The notes under the pieces: model-generated
What the model was told of the DNA's origin: nothing
The model's input: the letters and a program-made list of their open reading frames with translations, nothing else
Database searches by the model: none
In this document: piece after piece, positions 14,843 to 23,309 of the stretch
Layout of the letters: every line of letters begins with the position of its first letter
Numbering within the stretch: position 1 is the first letter of the stretch
From: Telmatocola sphagniphila
Lineage (GTDB): Bacteria; Planctomycetota; Planctomycetia; Gemmatales; Gemmataceae
Assembly (NCBI RefSeq): GCF_018398935.1
Contig: NZ_CP074694.1
Location: 5,040,001-5,072,000, forward strand
DNA: 32,000 nucleotides
Reading direction: 5' to 3'
Program-made: the position numbers and the translations under genes

Positions 14843-15310
14843 GACGCGTAGGCGATGGCAATAAAAAGCGAAGTCTCCCATGATTAACACATTCGTCCGT
14901 TAAATTCCAATAGCGCACGGATTTTTTCGTTAACCCGACCCGTGAGCCCACGCTTGTTTAGCCCGACGCGTGAGCGAGGGCAATAAAAAACGATTCTTCC
15001 CCGTTTTCAGAACACTCACCGGTTTGATTCCGATCTGGCGCCGATTTCATTCCGAAACGCTACCATCGTTGCTCATGGGCGTATAAACAAATATTGCCCT
15101 CGCTCACGCGTCTAAAAAGAATGCCCACCGGTTTGTTTCCAGAATAGTAACCGCTTTTAACGTTGGCCAGAAGCGTGAGCGAGATAAAGAAAAAAAGAAC
15201 CGTTCCTATTATCAAAACACTTGAGGGTTTGATAATAAGAGACGATTTTATTGAAACAATTTTTTGTTGTTCCTGGGCTTCTACACTTCAATTGCTCTCG
15301 CTCATGCGTC
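14843..15310. repeat. Cluster of five copies (both orientations) of a ~20-nt core GACGCGTGAGCGAGGGCAAT with homologous ~65-nt tails (REP/BIME- or MITE-like)
   Basis: Cores: 14843-14862 (+, 17/20), 14965-14984 (+, consensus), 15093-15112 (-, perfect reverse complement), 15170-15189 (+, first 14 nt conserved), 15291-15310 (-, 18/20). Tails after the cores at 14843, 14965 and 15170 align (aaTAAAAA..cga..tc..CC...aACAC...GGTTTGAT...cGATTT). The cluster lies in the 714-bp gap between convergent genes. Confidence 0.75.
14965..15112. mobile_element. MITE-like unit: 148 bp bounded by perfect 20-bp terminal inverted repeats
   Basis: gacgcgtgagcgagggcaat (14965-14984) and attgccctcgctcacgcgtc (15093-15112) are exact reverse complements. 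A second, degenerate unit of similar size (141 bp) lies at 15170-15310. No transposase is present in the window. Confidence 0.4.
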
Positions 15311-15435
15311 TAAACGACCGTGGGCAAAACAGCAGCTATCCGATTGCTTTCGGAATAGAAATGCAGTTCGAATAGCTCCATTAATAAACCGGAGCACTCT
15401 GGATGCTTATCGCCCGTAAAAGTGATCAAGAAACC

Positions 15436-15460
15436 GGCGAGTGCAGCAAAGGCACCCGCC
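15436..15460 (-). terminator. Intrinsic terminator candidate for the 1706-aa gene
   Basis: ggcgagtgc / gcacccgcc forms a stem with 8 of 9 pairs and a 7-nt loop, 9 nt downstream of the stop (15469-15471). On the minus strand it is followed by the U-rich 'gguuucuugaucacuuuuac'. Confidence 0.5.
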
Positions 15461-15468
15461 CGAGTTTA

Positions 15469-18400
15469 CTACGAACCCGAGATCGAAACACCATTGAAGA
15501 TCGCCTTCGTCAGAGACGTCGTGCTATCCCCATTGGTTGCGAACAGGCCGGCCACGCAATTGCTGCTGAAAGTAATCGTCGTGCTCGGCAGTGTAATCCA
15601 ATCGCTCGAGGCCGGTGGTCCAGCGTTCGAGAGAGCATAGGCCGCGCTGACCGTGCCATTCTTATTCACCAAAGACAGCCAGATCGGCGCCCCCGCATCA
15701 ACGGGTACCTGGGCAATCGGATTGGAGGTGGTAATCACCCCGGCAGCCGTACGACTCTGCAGATAAATCGTACCGTTTGTGCTCACCACCAGGGCCACAT
15801 AGGCGGCATTGGCCGCCGTCGAGTCTCGATAGATGATGCCTGCCAGCGAATTCGCTCCACCGGTCAACCCCGTAATCTGAGCGGAGATTTGAGTGTTACC
15901 CGATGCCGCCTGCGAGGCCAGTTGCAGGCTGTCACTCGTGCCGTTGATGCCCGTACCACTACCGGAGACTGTCACGCGATTTGTCGAACCGTTGTAGGTC
16001 GTACTGCCCGCGGTCACTGGCGAACCGATGTCCTGAGTGTTAAACGTCGGCGTGACATCGAAGTTGGTGAAGTAAGCAGTCGCCAGATTCGTACTGTCGT
16101 TCGAAGTGACGGCCAGACCGACATCGGCCACGCTGCCGAAATTGCTGATCGTTTGCGGCGAGCCAATCTGTTTCCAGTTGATGCCATCGGTGCTATAAGC
16201 CGCGGTGAACGTACTGCCATTGCGAATCAACTCGAGGTAGACCGGAGCGCTGACATTGATGTAGGAACTCAACTGCGCCGTTCCCCCGTTGGTAGGACGC
16301 CACATGAAGGCGACCCCCGATCCGGGAGTGACCAAGGCATAAGCGAAGCTGGCATTCGCATTATCGCTGCTGCGGAACATGACCCCGGCTGCTGCGGTAG
16401 GGTTCAAAGAACTGGAGTTAAGGAAACCGGTAACCTTGGCCTCCAGTGTGCCATTACCGGTGAAAGTATTGCGCAGGTAACGGAACTGATCGGTCGTTCC
16501 GCCGACTGCCCCCCCGGCGCTGACGGTGTAGGTGACACCGTTGTAGCTGGCATCACCGGTCGGGTTCGGATTACCGACGCCGAGGTGATTGATGTTAGTT
16601 CGGATGAGATTGGGCGAATCGATCGCCACCATATTATCCGTGGTGCTGTTCGTGTAGAACTTCACGATGTAGTTGCCGGCCGGAACCGTATAGAACGGCA
16701 CGATATACTGGGCAAAAGTATTCGAGCTGGGCGTGATCGTCGATTCGCGCAGCAGCGAATTCGTCGATTGCGCAATCAGATCGATGACGATCGGCAGACT
16801 GTCGAGCGTGCCGTTACGCAACCGGGCCGCGGCATAAAACGCCAGCTGGTAATCATCCGCCGTGATAGTGATCACCTGACTGACGCTTCCGGGGGTGTTG
16901 CTGGTTCCGGCGCTCCCCTGGATGTAAGCGGCTTGCGTGCCCGAATAGGCATTGGGCAAACCAGCAATTCCGCCGTTGGCAACGATCCCCGATTGATTGT
17001 TGAACTGCCAATTCGCGCCGGTGGGATTAGCCACCGAGCCGCTCACGGGCAACTGACCGAAGTTCTCATTGAAGAAGGTATTCGTCGGGAACGGCGTGGT
17101 AGTGTTACTGGTGACAAACGAAGAAGCTCCCGCGCTATTAGTCGCTTCCACGCGGTAATAGTAAGTCGTGCCGGGGCTCAAATTCAAATCGCTGTAGTTC
17201 ACGATTCCACTGGAACCGGGAGCGGCCAGGGTTGCAATCGTCGACCAGTTCGTCTGATCCAAACTTCGCTGAACGACGAATCCCGTCTCATCGCCGGCGG
17301 AATCCGTGATCGTGAGGTAAGTCCCCGTCGGGCTCAAAGAACTCGCGACAAATGATTGCGGTGCGGCCGGTGGGTTGCCTCCTTGTTTGAGAGTCACGTT
17401 ATTGACTCGCACCGGGCCCAGAATCGCCTTGATGCGAATAATGTGCTGACCGGGGGCCAGATTGATCGTGGAAGAAAAAGTATTCGGCGTTCCAGAAGTT
17501 CCGCCAGGTGTTCTGGTGTCTACCAACTGGTTATCGACCCAAAGTTGATAAGTTCCTGGCCCGGAAATCGTCGTGGCGAGAGCATAGGTCTGGTAGCTTT
17601 GCGATTGCGGAATGACCACATTCCAGCTCATCCAGTTATTCGTGCCGGCGGCGTTCAGGGCATTATTCCCATTGGTCGAGTAACCGGGATTGCTGTTATC
17701 GATCGTGAAATTATTTGGCTGCAAAGTCATGTTAGCCGGAGTCAGGGTGAGCGTCTGACCGGACGTGAAGCTGGTGCCATTAGTCGGCGTGACCGGCAGC
17801 GTATTGTTCAACACACTCACGGCCATCATCAGCGGATTCAGAGCCGAGGTAGCTGGTTCCTGCCATTGCGGGAAGGTTCCCAGGAACAAAAGGTTCCCGC
17901 CAGCGGCGGTGTAAAGGTTCGTCGCGGCTACCTGCGCGGCTACTGTGTTGGAGGGATTCGTATCCAGGTAGTTCGCGTAGTACTGAATACCTGTCGGGTT
18001 CGATCCGCCGCCCAGAGCAAAACCGCTTTCGTAAGTGACAGCATTCAGCCCGTAAGCTTTAGCCCAGTTGACTTCCATCGCCAGACCGCGCTGATAATTC
18101 TGCAGGCTGTTGGGCGTTTGAGTGGGGAAGTAATTGGAGGCAAAGTCGCTCAGGCTGATGGGGATTTGTTGCGAGAAGATCGCCGCTTCGCTGGTAACGG
18201 CCACACTGTCGATATACATCGTGGCATTGTTCGTCGCCGGTGTCGAGAAGCTAAATGTATAAGTCCCCGCGGTTGTGATCTGCACGTAACCGGTGATGGT
18301 CGACGATCGGTAGTGAGTCGCATAGGTACTGAACTGATAGTAGGCCGGATATTCCTGAGCGAAGAGTTGGCCGTTCATCGACACATCGACCTCGGCGGAC

Positions 18401-20589
18401 AGATTGGCCGCCTGACTTCCGGTAGTCGCCAGGAAGCTGATGCCGTAAACGCCCGGGGTGCTGATGTAAACGGAAGCACTCATTGAACTGGACGGATAGA
18501 GGTAGGCTTCCTGCAATCCCTGCGGGGCTTTCGGGCTGCCGTACAATCCGCCGAGTACCACACCTCCCTGTGTGCCGCTGAAGTTCCAGCCGGTATTCGT
18601 CGGATTCACCAGAATGCCCGCGGAGCCGACGGAGACATTTTCAAAGCCGCCATTTTTGAAGTTAATCGTGGACTGCGTCCCGGCATTGTTCAACGCATCG
18701 TAGTAGCCGCCGCCTCCGGCCCCCCAGATGTAGTAGCTGACCGGCTCCGGATTGGAGACAAACGCGAAGCCCGTTCCGTTATTGAAGTAGTTATCGATGA
18801 ACGACAGCATGTCCCGGGCCGTGGACTCCATGTTGTCGTTGAACCAGCAGAGCATCGGTCGAACTCGCGTCAGCATCGCGCTGTTTCCGAAGACGCCGCG
18901 GAAGATGTTCGAAATGTTCACCGTCTGATAAGCCACCAGACGCTCGGCCCACGTGAAGTTGGTGGTGCTGTTATCGGGCTGGGCATCGTAGTTCAGGATG
19001 TCTCCCAGCGCGGTCCCGGCGCGGACGTTGGAAACCGCCGTGTTCAAATTGGTGGTGTACTGGGTGAACGCCGGGGCCGTGTTCCAGACCTCGTTGCTAT
19101 ATTCGACATAAACGTGCAGATTGGCATTAAGCGGCGCCCAGACCGGATTGGCCTGCGGAGAAGTATACGGATTGGTACCATCCGAACCGTACAGAATCAA
19201 ATTGGCCAGATTGGTGATGTAGGCGTTGGAAGCGCCAATGGGCACGTTGATGTACAGATCCTTACCCGTTTCATTGGCCATGGCCACCAGGTATTCCCAG
19301 GCAACGCCATTCGTGTTGAATTGCGACTGGTAGCTGGTGCCGGGGTTGGCGAAATAGTTCTGGCTGAACCAGGAAGTCGGAGTCGTACGGTCGGACCAAT
19401 TGACGTCCGGATTGCCGTTAGTGCCCGAGGCCCCCATCATACGGAGGGTCGAATAATTGGCGAGTGTCTGCAGGTACTGGGTGGTGAACAAAGTACCCAG
19501 CGGATAGGGTGTGGAACCGCCGACAACTTCGGGCCGCATCAAAGAGACATTGCTGACGCCCGTGGTGGACCCGGTGGAAGTTTGCTGAACCGTATTCTGA
19601 AAGGTCAAAATCAGATTGTAGGAAGCCGCGGGACCGCTCGGGATGACGAATTGCGCTGTGGTCGTGTCGGTCGCGGCATTATACGACCCGGAGGCGCCCA
19701 GAGGCAGGATGTTGGTGTACGCAGTGCCGTTGACATAGAAGGTTCCGAAATTGGCGGTGACCTTCGCCTGGCCTTTGAAGGAAAGGGTATAGGTACCGTT
19801 GTTGTTGTCGCTTCCTTCCCAGACCACCAGTGAGGCATCGGTGGTCGGCCAGCCCTGGGCATTGTGAGAAACCAATACGTCGCCGTTGCCGGCCGCGGTT
19901 CCGACGACCACCCAGTAAGGACGGGCGCTCTTGATCGCATCCGCAAAATACCGGCTGGAATTTTCAAACGACCAGGCCGTACCGACATTGATGCCCAGAT
20001 TGGAAACCGGCTGAATCAGTTCGCGCGGCGTGCTGGCACTCGACCAATCGAGTTCGATATTGGAGGCGCCGCCGGTCGACTTGTAATCGACTTCGATGTC
20101 GTATTGCTGACCGGCCGTCATCGTGAAAGTGGCGGAGCTATTCATTGGCGAAGAACTGGAGAATTGATCCAGTAGCGTGGTGAAACTGGAGGTCCCTGCC
20201 GGGCGGATCAACAGACGGGCGCCCTGATTCGCCGTCAGATAAAAGGTGTAGGTTTGGCTGAAAGCAGGGATCAGATCGCCGGTCCAGCGCACGGAATAAT
20301 TGTTTGCGGAAACCGCGCCGTACGCCGGGTCACTCGGGTTGCCCCCTACATTCTGACCGGCCGCATAATTGAGATCGACGCTTTCGTCGGTTCGAATAAA
20401 CGAAGCCGAGGAATTATTCGCCGGTAGCGTACTGGTTGCGAAATACGCACCGGCCAAACCCGCATTGGTGTAGCCACCTCCGACAGAAAGAACCATTCGA
20501 TCTTCGAGCATTTCCAGTTGAGGGCGACTCCGACGTTTCATTGAAATGAACTTCACTCTTTTGCTCCTGGAGAGAATCCGCGTTGGCAA
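15469..20589 (-). CDS. Giant secreted multidomain protein (PA14, putative glycosidase-like region, CBM-like jelly rolls, Fn3, two C-terminal LamG/DUF1349-like modules)
   Basis: 1706-aa ORF opening at TTG 20589; ATG 20541 ('MKRRSRPQLEMLEDRMVLSV') is the more likely start. PA14-like 'YSVRWTGDLIPAFSQTYTFYLTANQGARLLI'. 'VYVEYSNEVWN' resembles the clan GH-A Asn-Glu motif. Fn3-like 'PAAPQSF...GFVVQRSLDQTNWSTIA...GTTYYYRVEATNSAGAS'. Two tandem modules resemble 'AAGVMFRSS...AYALVTPG...YLELIRNGSTFTAAYSTDGINWKQIG'. Confidence 0.85.
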   Translation of the reverse strand: MPTRILSRSKRVKFISMKRRSRPQLEMLEDRMVLSVGGGYTNAGLAGAYFATSTLPANNSSASFIRTDESVDLNYAAGQNVGGNPSDPAYGAVSANNYSVRWTGDLIPAFSQTYTFYLTANQGARLLIRPAGTSSFTTLLDQFSSSSPMNSSATFTMTAGQQYDIEVDYKSTGGASNIELDWSSASTPRELIQPVSNLGINVGTAWSFENSSRYFADAIKSARPYWVVVGTAAGNGDVLVSHNAQGWPTTDASLVVWEGSDNNNGTYTLSFKGQAKVTANFGTFYVNGTAYTNILPLGASGSYNAATDTTTAQFVIPSGPAASYNLILTFQNTVQQTSTGSTTGVSNVSLMRPEVVGGSTPYPLGTLFTTQYLQTLANYSTLRMMGASGTNGNPDVNWSDRTTPTSWFSQNYFANPGTSYQSQFNTNGVAWEYLVAMANETGKDLYINVPIGASNAYITNLANLILYGSDGTNPYTSPQANPVWAPLNANLHVYVEYSNEVWNTAPAFTQYTTNLNTAVSNVRAGTALGDILNYDAQPDNSTTNFTWAERLVAYQTVNISNIFRGVFGNSAMLTRVRPMLCWFNDNMESTARDMLSFIDNYFNNGTGFAFVSNPEPVSYYIWGAGGGGYYDALNNAGTQSTINFKNGGFENVSVGSAGILVNPTNTGWNFSGTQGGVVLGGLYGSPKAPQGLQEAYLYPSSSMSASVYISTPGVYGISFLATTGSQAANLSAEVDVSMNGQLFAQEYPAYYQFSTYATHYRSSTITGYVQITTAGTYTFSFSTPATNNATMYIDSVAVTSEAAIFSQQIPISLSDFASNYFPTQTPNSLQNYQRGLAMEVNWAKAYGLNAVTYESGFALGGGSNPTGIQYYANYLDTNPSNTVAAQVAATNLYTAAGGNLLFLGTFPQWQEPATSALNPLMMAVSVLNNTLPVTPTNGTSFTSGQTLTLTPANMTLQPNNFTIDNSNPGYSTNGNNALNAAGTNNWMSWNVVIPQSQSYQTYALATTISGPGTYQLWVDNQLVDTRTPGGTSGTPNTFSSTINLAPGQHIIRIKAILGPVRVNNVTLKQGGNPPAAPQSFVASSLSPTGTYLTITDSAGDETGFVVQRSLDQTNWSTIATLAAPGSSGIVNYSDLNLSPGTTYYYRVEATNSAGASSFVTSNTTTPFPTNTFFNENFGQLPVSGSVANPTGANWQFNNQSGIVANGGIAGLPNAYSGTQAAYIQGSAGTSNTPGSVSQVITITADDYQLAFYAAARLRNGTLDSLPIVIDLIAQSTNSLLRESTITPSSNTFAQYIVPFYTVPAGNYIVKFYTNSTTDNMVAIDSPNLIRTNINHLGVGNPNPTGDASYNGVTYTVSAGGAVGGTTDQFRYLRNTFTGNGTLEAKVTGFLNSSSLNPTAAAGVMFRSSDNANASFAYALVTPGSGVAFMWRPTNGGTAQLSSYINVSAPVYLELIRNGSTFTAAYSTDGINWKQIGSPQTISNFGSVADVGLAVTSNDSTNLATAYFTNFDVTPTFNTQDIGSPVTAGSTTYNGSTNRVTVSGSGTGINGTSDSLQLASQAASGNTQISAQITGLTGGANSLAGIIYRDSTAANAAYVALVVSTNGTIYLQSRTAAGVITTSNPIAQVPVDAGAPIWLSLVNKNGTVSAAYALSNAGPPASSDWITLPSTTITFSSNCVAGLFATNGDSTTSLTKAIFNGVSISGS

Positions 20590-20870
20590 CCAGTCCCTGG
20601 CGACTTCTAATTATGACGATTATGGCAAATCTGAGTTCGAATGAGAATGCTGATTCGGAATTATTCGCCCGGCTTATTTGGAAGCCTCAGATTTCTCAAA
20701 ATCACTTAATCCTCAAAAATGCGCATTCTGTCCAGACTACCCGAAGTGAAATGTGAAGGGGCACGCCTAAAAAAGCGGAGGCAGCGGAATTATTGCACCG
20801 CAGAAATCAGAAGAGAAAATGGGGGGAGGAGTTGAAAGTGCCCGGGGAAAAGAAGAGTCTGTAAACACCG

Positions 20871-20907
20871 ATCGGGCGGTCGGCTCTTGCGAACCGAACC
20901 GCCCGAT
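20871..20907 (-). terminator. Intrinsic terminator candidate for the YTV-repeat gene
   Basis: 13-bp stem with one bulge: atcgggcggtcgg (20871-20883) / ccgaaccgcccgat (20894-20907), 10-nt loop, 50 nt downstream of the stop at 20957. On the minus strand it is followed by 'cgguguuuacagacucuucuuuucc'. Confidence 0.45.
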
Positions 20908-20956
20908 ACGGGAGGAGACTGCCGGCAGGATCGCCTACCGGCTGAGGGGTTCTCGA

Positions 20957-22948
20957 TTACTTGCCGCAGGGACTGCAAGCTTCCTTGGCGGGAGCCGTTT
21001 CACCGCAACCGCACGAACTGCTGGAGCAGGCCAGTCGGTTGTTCAGCAGTCTCTTGAAGAAGCCCGTGATTCGGCTACCGAAAGCCGGTTTGCAGGGATC
21101 TTCGCAGGCGGTGCAAGCTGCGGGAGCCGCGGCCGCACTGGCGTTGCAACCGCAGTTGCTGGTCGCGACCGGAACTGTTTCCGTCACGGTGATCCAGCGA
21201 GGCTTCTTCACACAAACCGTTTCTTCCTGGCAGACCGGCACCTTCTTGCAGACGGTGGTCGGAACCATTTCGGTGGTCGTGTAAGGAACCTTCACGTTAA
21301 CCGTGTAGGCCACTTGCTTGCTGACCTTCACTGGAACCGTCTTGCAGACGACTTCCTGCTGCATTTCGGTCGTGGTCACAGGAACCTTCTTGGTGTGGGT
21401 TTCGCTCACCATCTTGGTGGTCGTTACCGGGACGACTTTTTCGATAGTGGTCGGAACCATCTTGGTCACCGTGTAGGGAACCTGTTTGCTGTGCTCTTCC
21501 GCAACCGTCTTGTTGACCGTGTAGGGAACCTGACGGGTCTGACTTTCGTTGACGTAACGAACCGAGGTCACATTCTTCGAAACCGCATAGCGAGCGCCTT
21601 CGACGAACACGCGACCGGGAGCCGCTTCGGCATAACCTTCGACATTCCCCGCACCGTCGTAGTTGCTGACGATACCGTTAGCGTCGCCGGTGCTGCCGAC
21701 TTTGCCGCAATCCACCCAGGCACCGCAGACCGAACGATTGACGGTGTAGGGAACCTGCTTCTTGACAACTTCGGTCACGTGGCGGGTCACCGTGTAGGGA
21801 ACCTTCTGGGTAACCGTTTCCTTGACCATTCGGGTCATCTGCACCGGAACCTGCTTGGAGGTGGTGTAAGGAACCTTCTTGGTGATGGTGACGGGAACTT
21901 GTTCGTAAACCGTTTCCTTAACCATCTTGGTCACGGGAACCTGTTCGGTAACCGTGTTGTACTTGGTGACCTGACGGGTCTTGGTTTCCGAAGGAGTTTT
22001 AACCAGAGCCAGTCGCCAGCCCGATTCCTTCTGAACCATCTGGCAGGAGCAGGCGTCGAATTCGCAAGTGTAAATCGGCTTGCGGCAGAGCTTCCAGTGA
22101 CCGGGAACGCAGTAGCTTTCGCATTCCTGGTAAGGAACTTTCTTGCAGACCGTTTCGGTGGTGCAGACCGGCTTGCAAATGGTCTTGGCCACACACTTTA
22201 GCTGGGTCTCGGTCACGTCCTGATAGCTGGTCACGCAGACCGTCTTCATCACCGTTTCGCAAACCGGCTTGCAGACCGTGTGGGTGCAGTCGCGGTAGCA
22301 GGTTTCGGTGACCGGACGGCAAACCGTCTGGCACTCTTCGCGAACTTTCTGCTCGCAGACATTCCGCTTCACCTGGTGGTGGGAAGTTTCGCAGTGCTGT
22401 TCATAAACCGGCTTGCAGACGGTGTAAGAACATTCCTTGTAGCAGGTTTCCTGAACCTGTTTGTAGGTGGTGTATTTGCACTCTTTATAGTGCGTTTCGT
22501 ACACCGGTTTGCAGACCACTTCCGAGATCTTCTGGAGGGTGGTTTCGCACACCGGTTTGCAGGTGGTGTAAGAGACGTCCTGGTAAGTCGTTTTGCAAAC
22601 GGGCTTGCAAACCGTTTCCTGAACCGTCTTGTATTCCGTGCTGCAAACAGTTTTGTAACAGGTCTTGGCTTCATCGCGATAGCAGGTCTTGGTGACCGGC
22701 TTCATGACGGTTTCCTGAACCGTCTGATGAACCACGTGGAACCGTTTTTCGAGTACGGTGTCGTAAACCAGTTTGTAAGACGTCTTCGTTGCATTCTGAC
22801 AGGAGCTGAAACTCGTCGAAGCATCCCCGCACGTCCCACAACCGGAACCGTACTTGGCGACGCCCAAGCTGTCGGCGAATGCAGGTGATATCGCTCCGCA
22901 AAGAGCGAGAACCGCAGCCGCGAATGGCGCGCCCAAGCGAATCCTCAT
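20957..22948 (-). CDS. Secreted Cys-rich YTV-repeat protein (planctomycete envelope-type)
   Basis: 663-aa ORF with RBS aggagg 9 nt upstream. Signal peptide 'MRIRLGAPFAAAVLALCGAISPAFA'. About 7 'C[KR]PV' repeats ('TVCKPVCKTT', 'TTCKPVCETT', 'TVCKPVYEQH'...), then about 7 '[QK]VPYT[VT]' repeats typical of the Pfam YTV family. Cys-rich termini ('SGCGTCGD', 'CGCNAS...CTACEDPCKP...CGCGETAPAKEACSPCGK'). Confidence 0.8.
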   Translation of the reverse strand: MRIRLGAPFAAAVLALCGAISPAFADSLGVAKYGSGCGTCGDASTSFSSCQNATKTSYKLVYDTVLEKRFHVVHQTVQETVMKPVTKTCYRDEAKTCYKTVCSTEYKTVQETVCKPVCKTTYQDVSYTTCKPVCETTLQKISEVVCKPVYETHYKECKYTTYKQVQETCYKECSYTVCKPVYEQHCETSHHQVKRNVCEQKVREECQTVCRPVTETCYRDCTHTVCKPVCETVMKTVCVTSYQDVTETQLKCVAKTICKPVCTTETVCKKVPYQECESYCVPGHWKLCRKPIYTCEFDACSCQMVQKESGWRLALVKTPSETKTRQVTKYNTVTEQVPVTKMVKETVYEQVPVTITKKVPYTTSKQVPVQMTRMVKETVTQKVPYTVTRHVTEVVKKQVPYTVNRSVCGAWVDCGKVGSTGDANGIVSNYDGAGNVEGYAEAAPGRVFVEGARYAVSKNVTSVRYVNESQTRQVPYTVNKTVAEEHSKQVPYTVTKMVPTTIEKVVPVTTTKMVSETHTKKVPVTTTEMQQEVVCKTVPVKVSKQVAYTVNVKVPYTTTEMVPTTVCKKVPVCQEETVCVKKPRWITVTETVPVATSNCGCNASAAAAPAACTACEDPCKPAFGSRITGFFKRLLNNRLACSSSSCGCGETAPAKEACSPCGK

Positions 22949-23230
22949 TGTTGTCGCCTCCTCGCCGGCTACTCCTGCCGGCTACCTCATGCGAACTCCG
23001 CCAAGCCATTCCGATTTCGGGGAACACTCCCGACCGGGACTTCCGGTGGTCCGCTTTAATTCCGATTCGAATCCGGCGAAGTCAAATTCCTAATCAACTC
23101 CGCCTTCCGAATTGGGTATCGTCGAGGAAGGGAAAGTCGGATGATTCCTAAATTACCGCAGTGCTCGGAACTTCACTGAATTGCGTCCGTTAACAACGGG
23201 TGTAACAATGGGTGGGATTGGTAGGATTGT

Positions 23231-23253
23231 GCAGACCCTAGAAGGGGGTCTGC
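23231..23253 (-). terminator. Hairpin downstream of polX (weak terminator candidate)
   Basis: gcagaccc (23231-23238) / gggtctgc (23246-23253), 8-bp stem, 7-nt loop, 57 nt after the polX stop. No U-tract on the minus strand. Confidence 0.3.
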
Positions 23254-23309
23254 CTGAGAAAAGTAGTGCCGAAATTCCGAATAACCGGAGCAACCTGCTC
23301 AAAAAAAGT

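Noticed and set aside
14843-15310. Possibility that the repeat cluster is a CRISPR array
   Set aside because: The repeats occur in both orientations and their spacing is about 80-130 nt rather than about 30-40 nt. The inter-repeat 'spacers' are homologous to each other. No cas genes or leader are visible.
15163-15375. 70-aa ORF inside the repeat cluster ('MARSVSEIKKKRT...')
   Set aside because: It starts within one repeat core and runs across another. It has no RBS and a low-complexity AT-rich interior, so it is best explained as a fortuitous translation of the repeats.
15403-18486. Long plus-strand ORFs (650 aa and 376 aa; also 19114-19833 and 19864-20175) inside the 1706-aa gene region
   Set aside because: They are antisense to a minus-strand ORF that has clear PA14/Fn3/LamG-like motifs. 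Their translations are Arg/Gly/Ile-rich with no motifs, no plausible starts or RBS, and no signal sequences. This is typical of open antisense frames in GC-biased repeat-rich genes.
20819-22201. 460-aa plus-strand ORF antisense to the YTV-repeat gene (and minus-strand frame-shifted ORFs 21999-22334, 22369-22674, 22671-23027)
   Set aside because: The minus-strand 663-aa frame has a strong RBS, a classical signal peptide and recognisable YTV/CKPV repeats. The plus-strand product ('GNLLGNRFLDHSGHLHRNLL...') is just the mirror image of those repeats.
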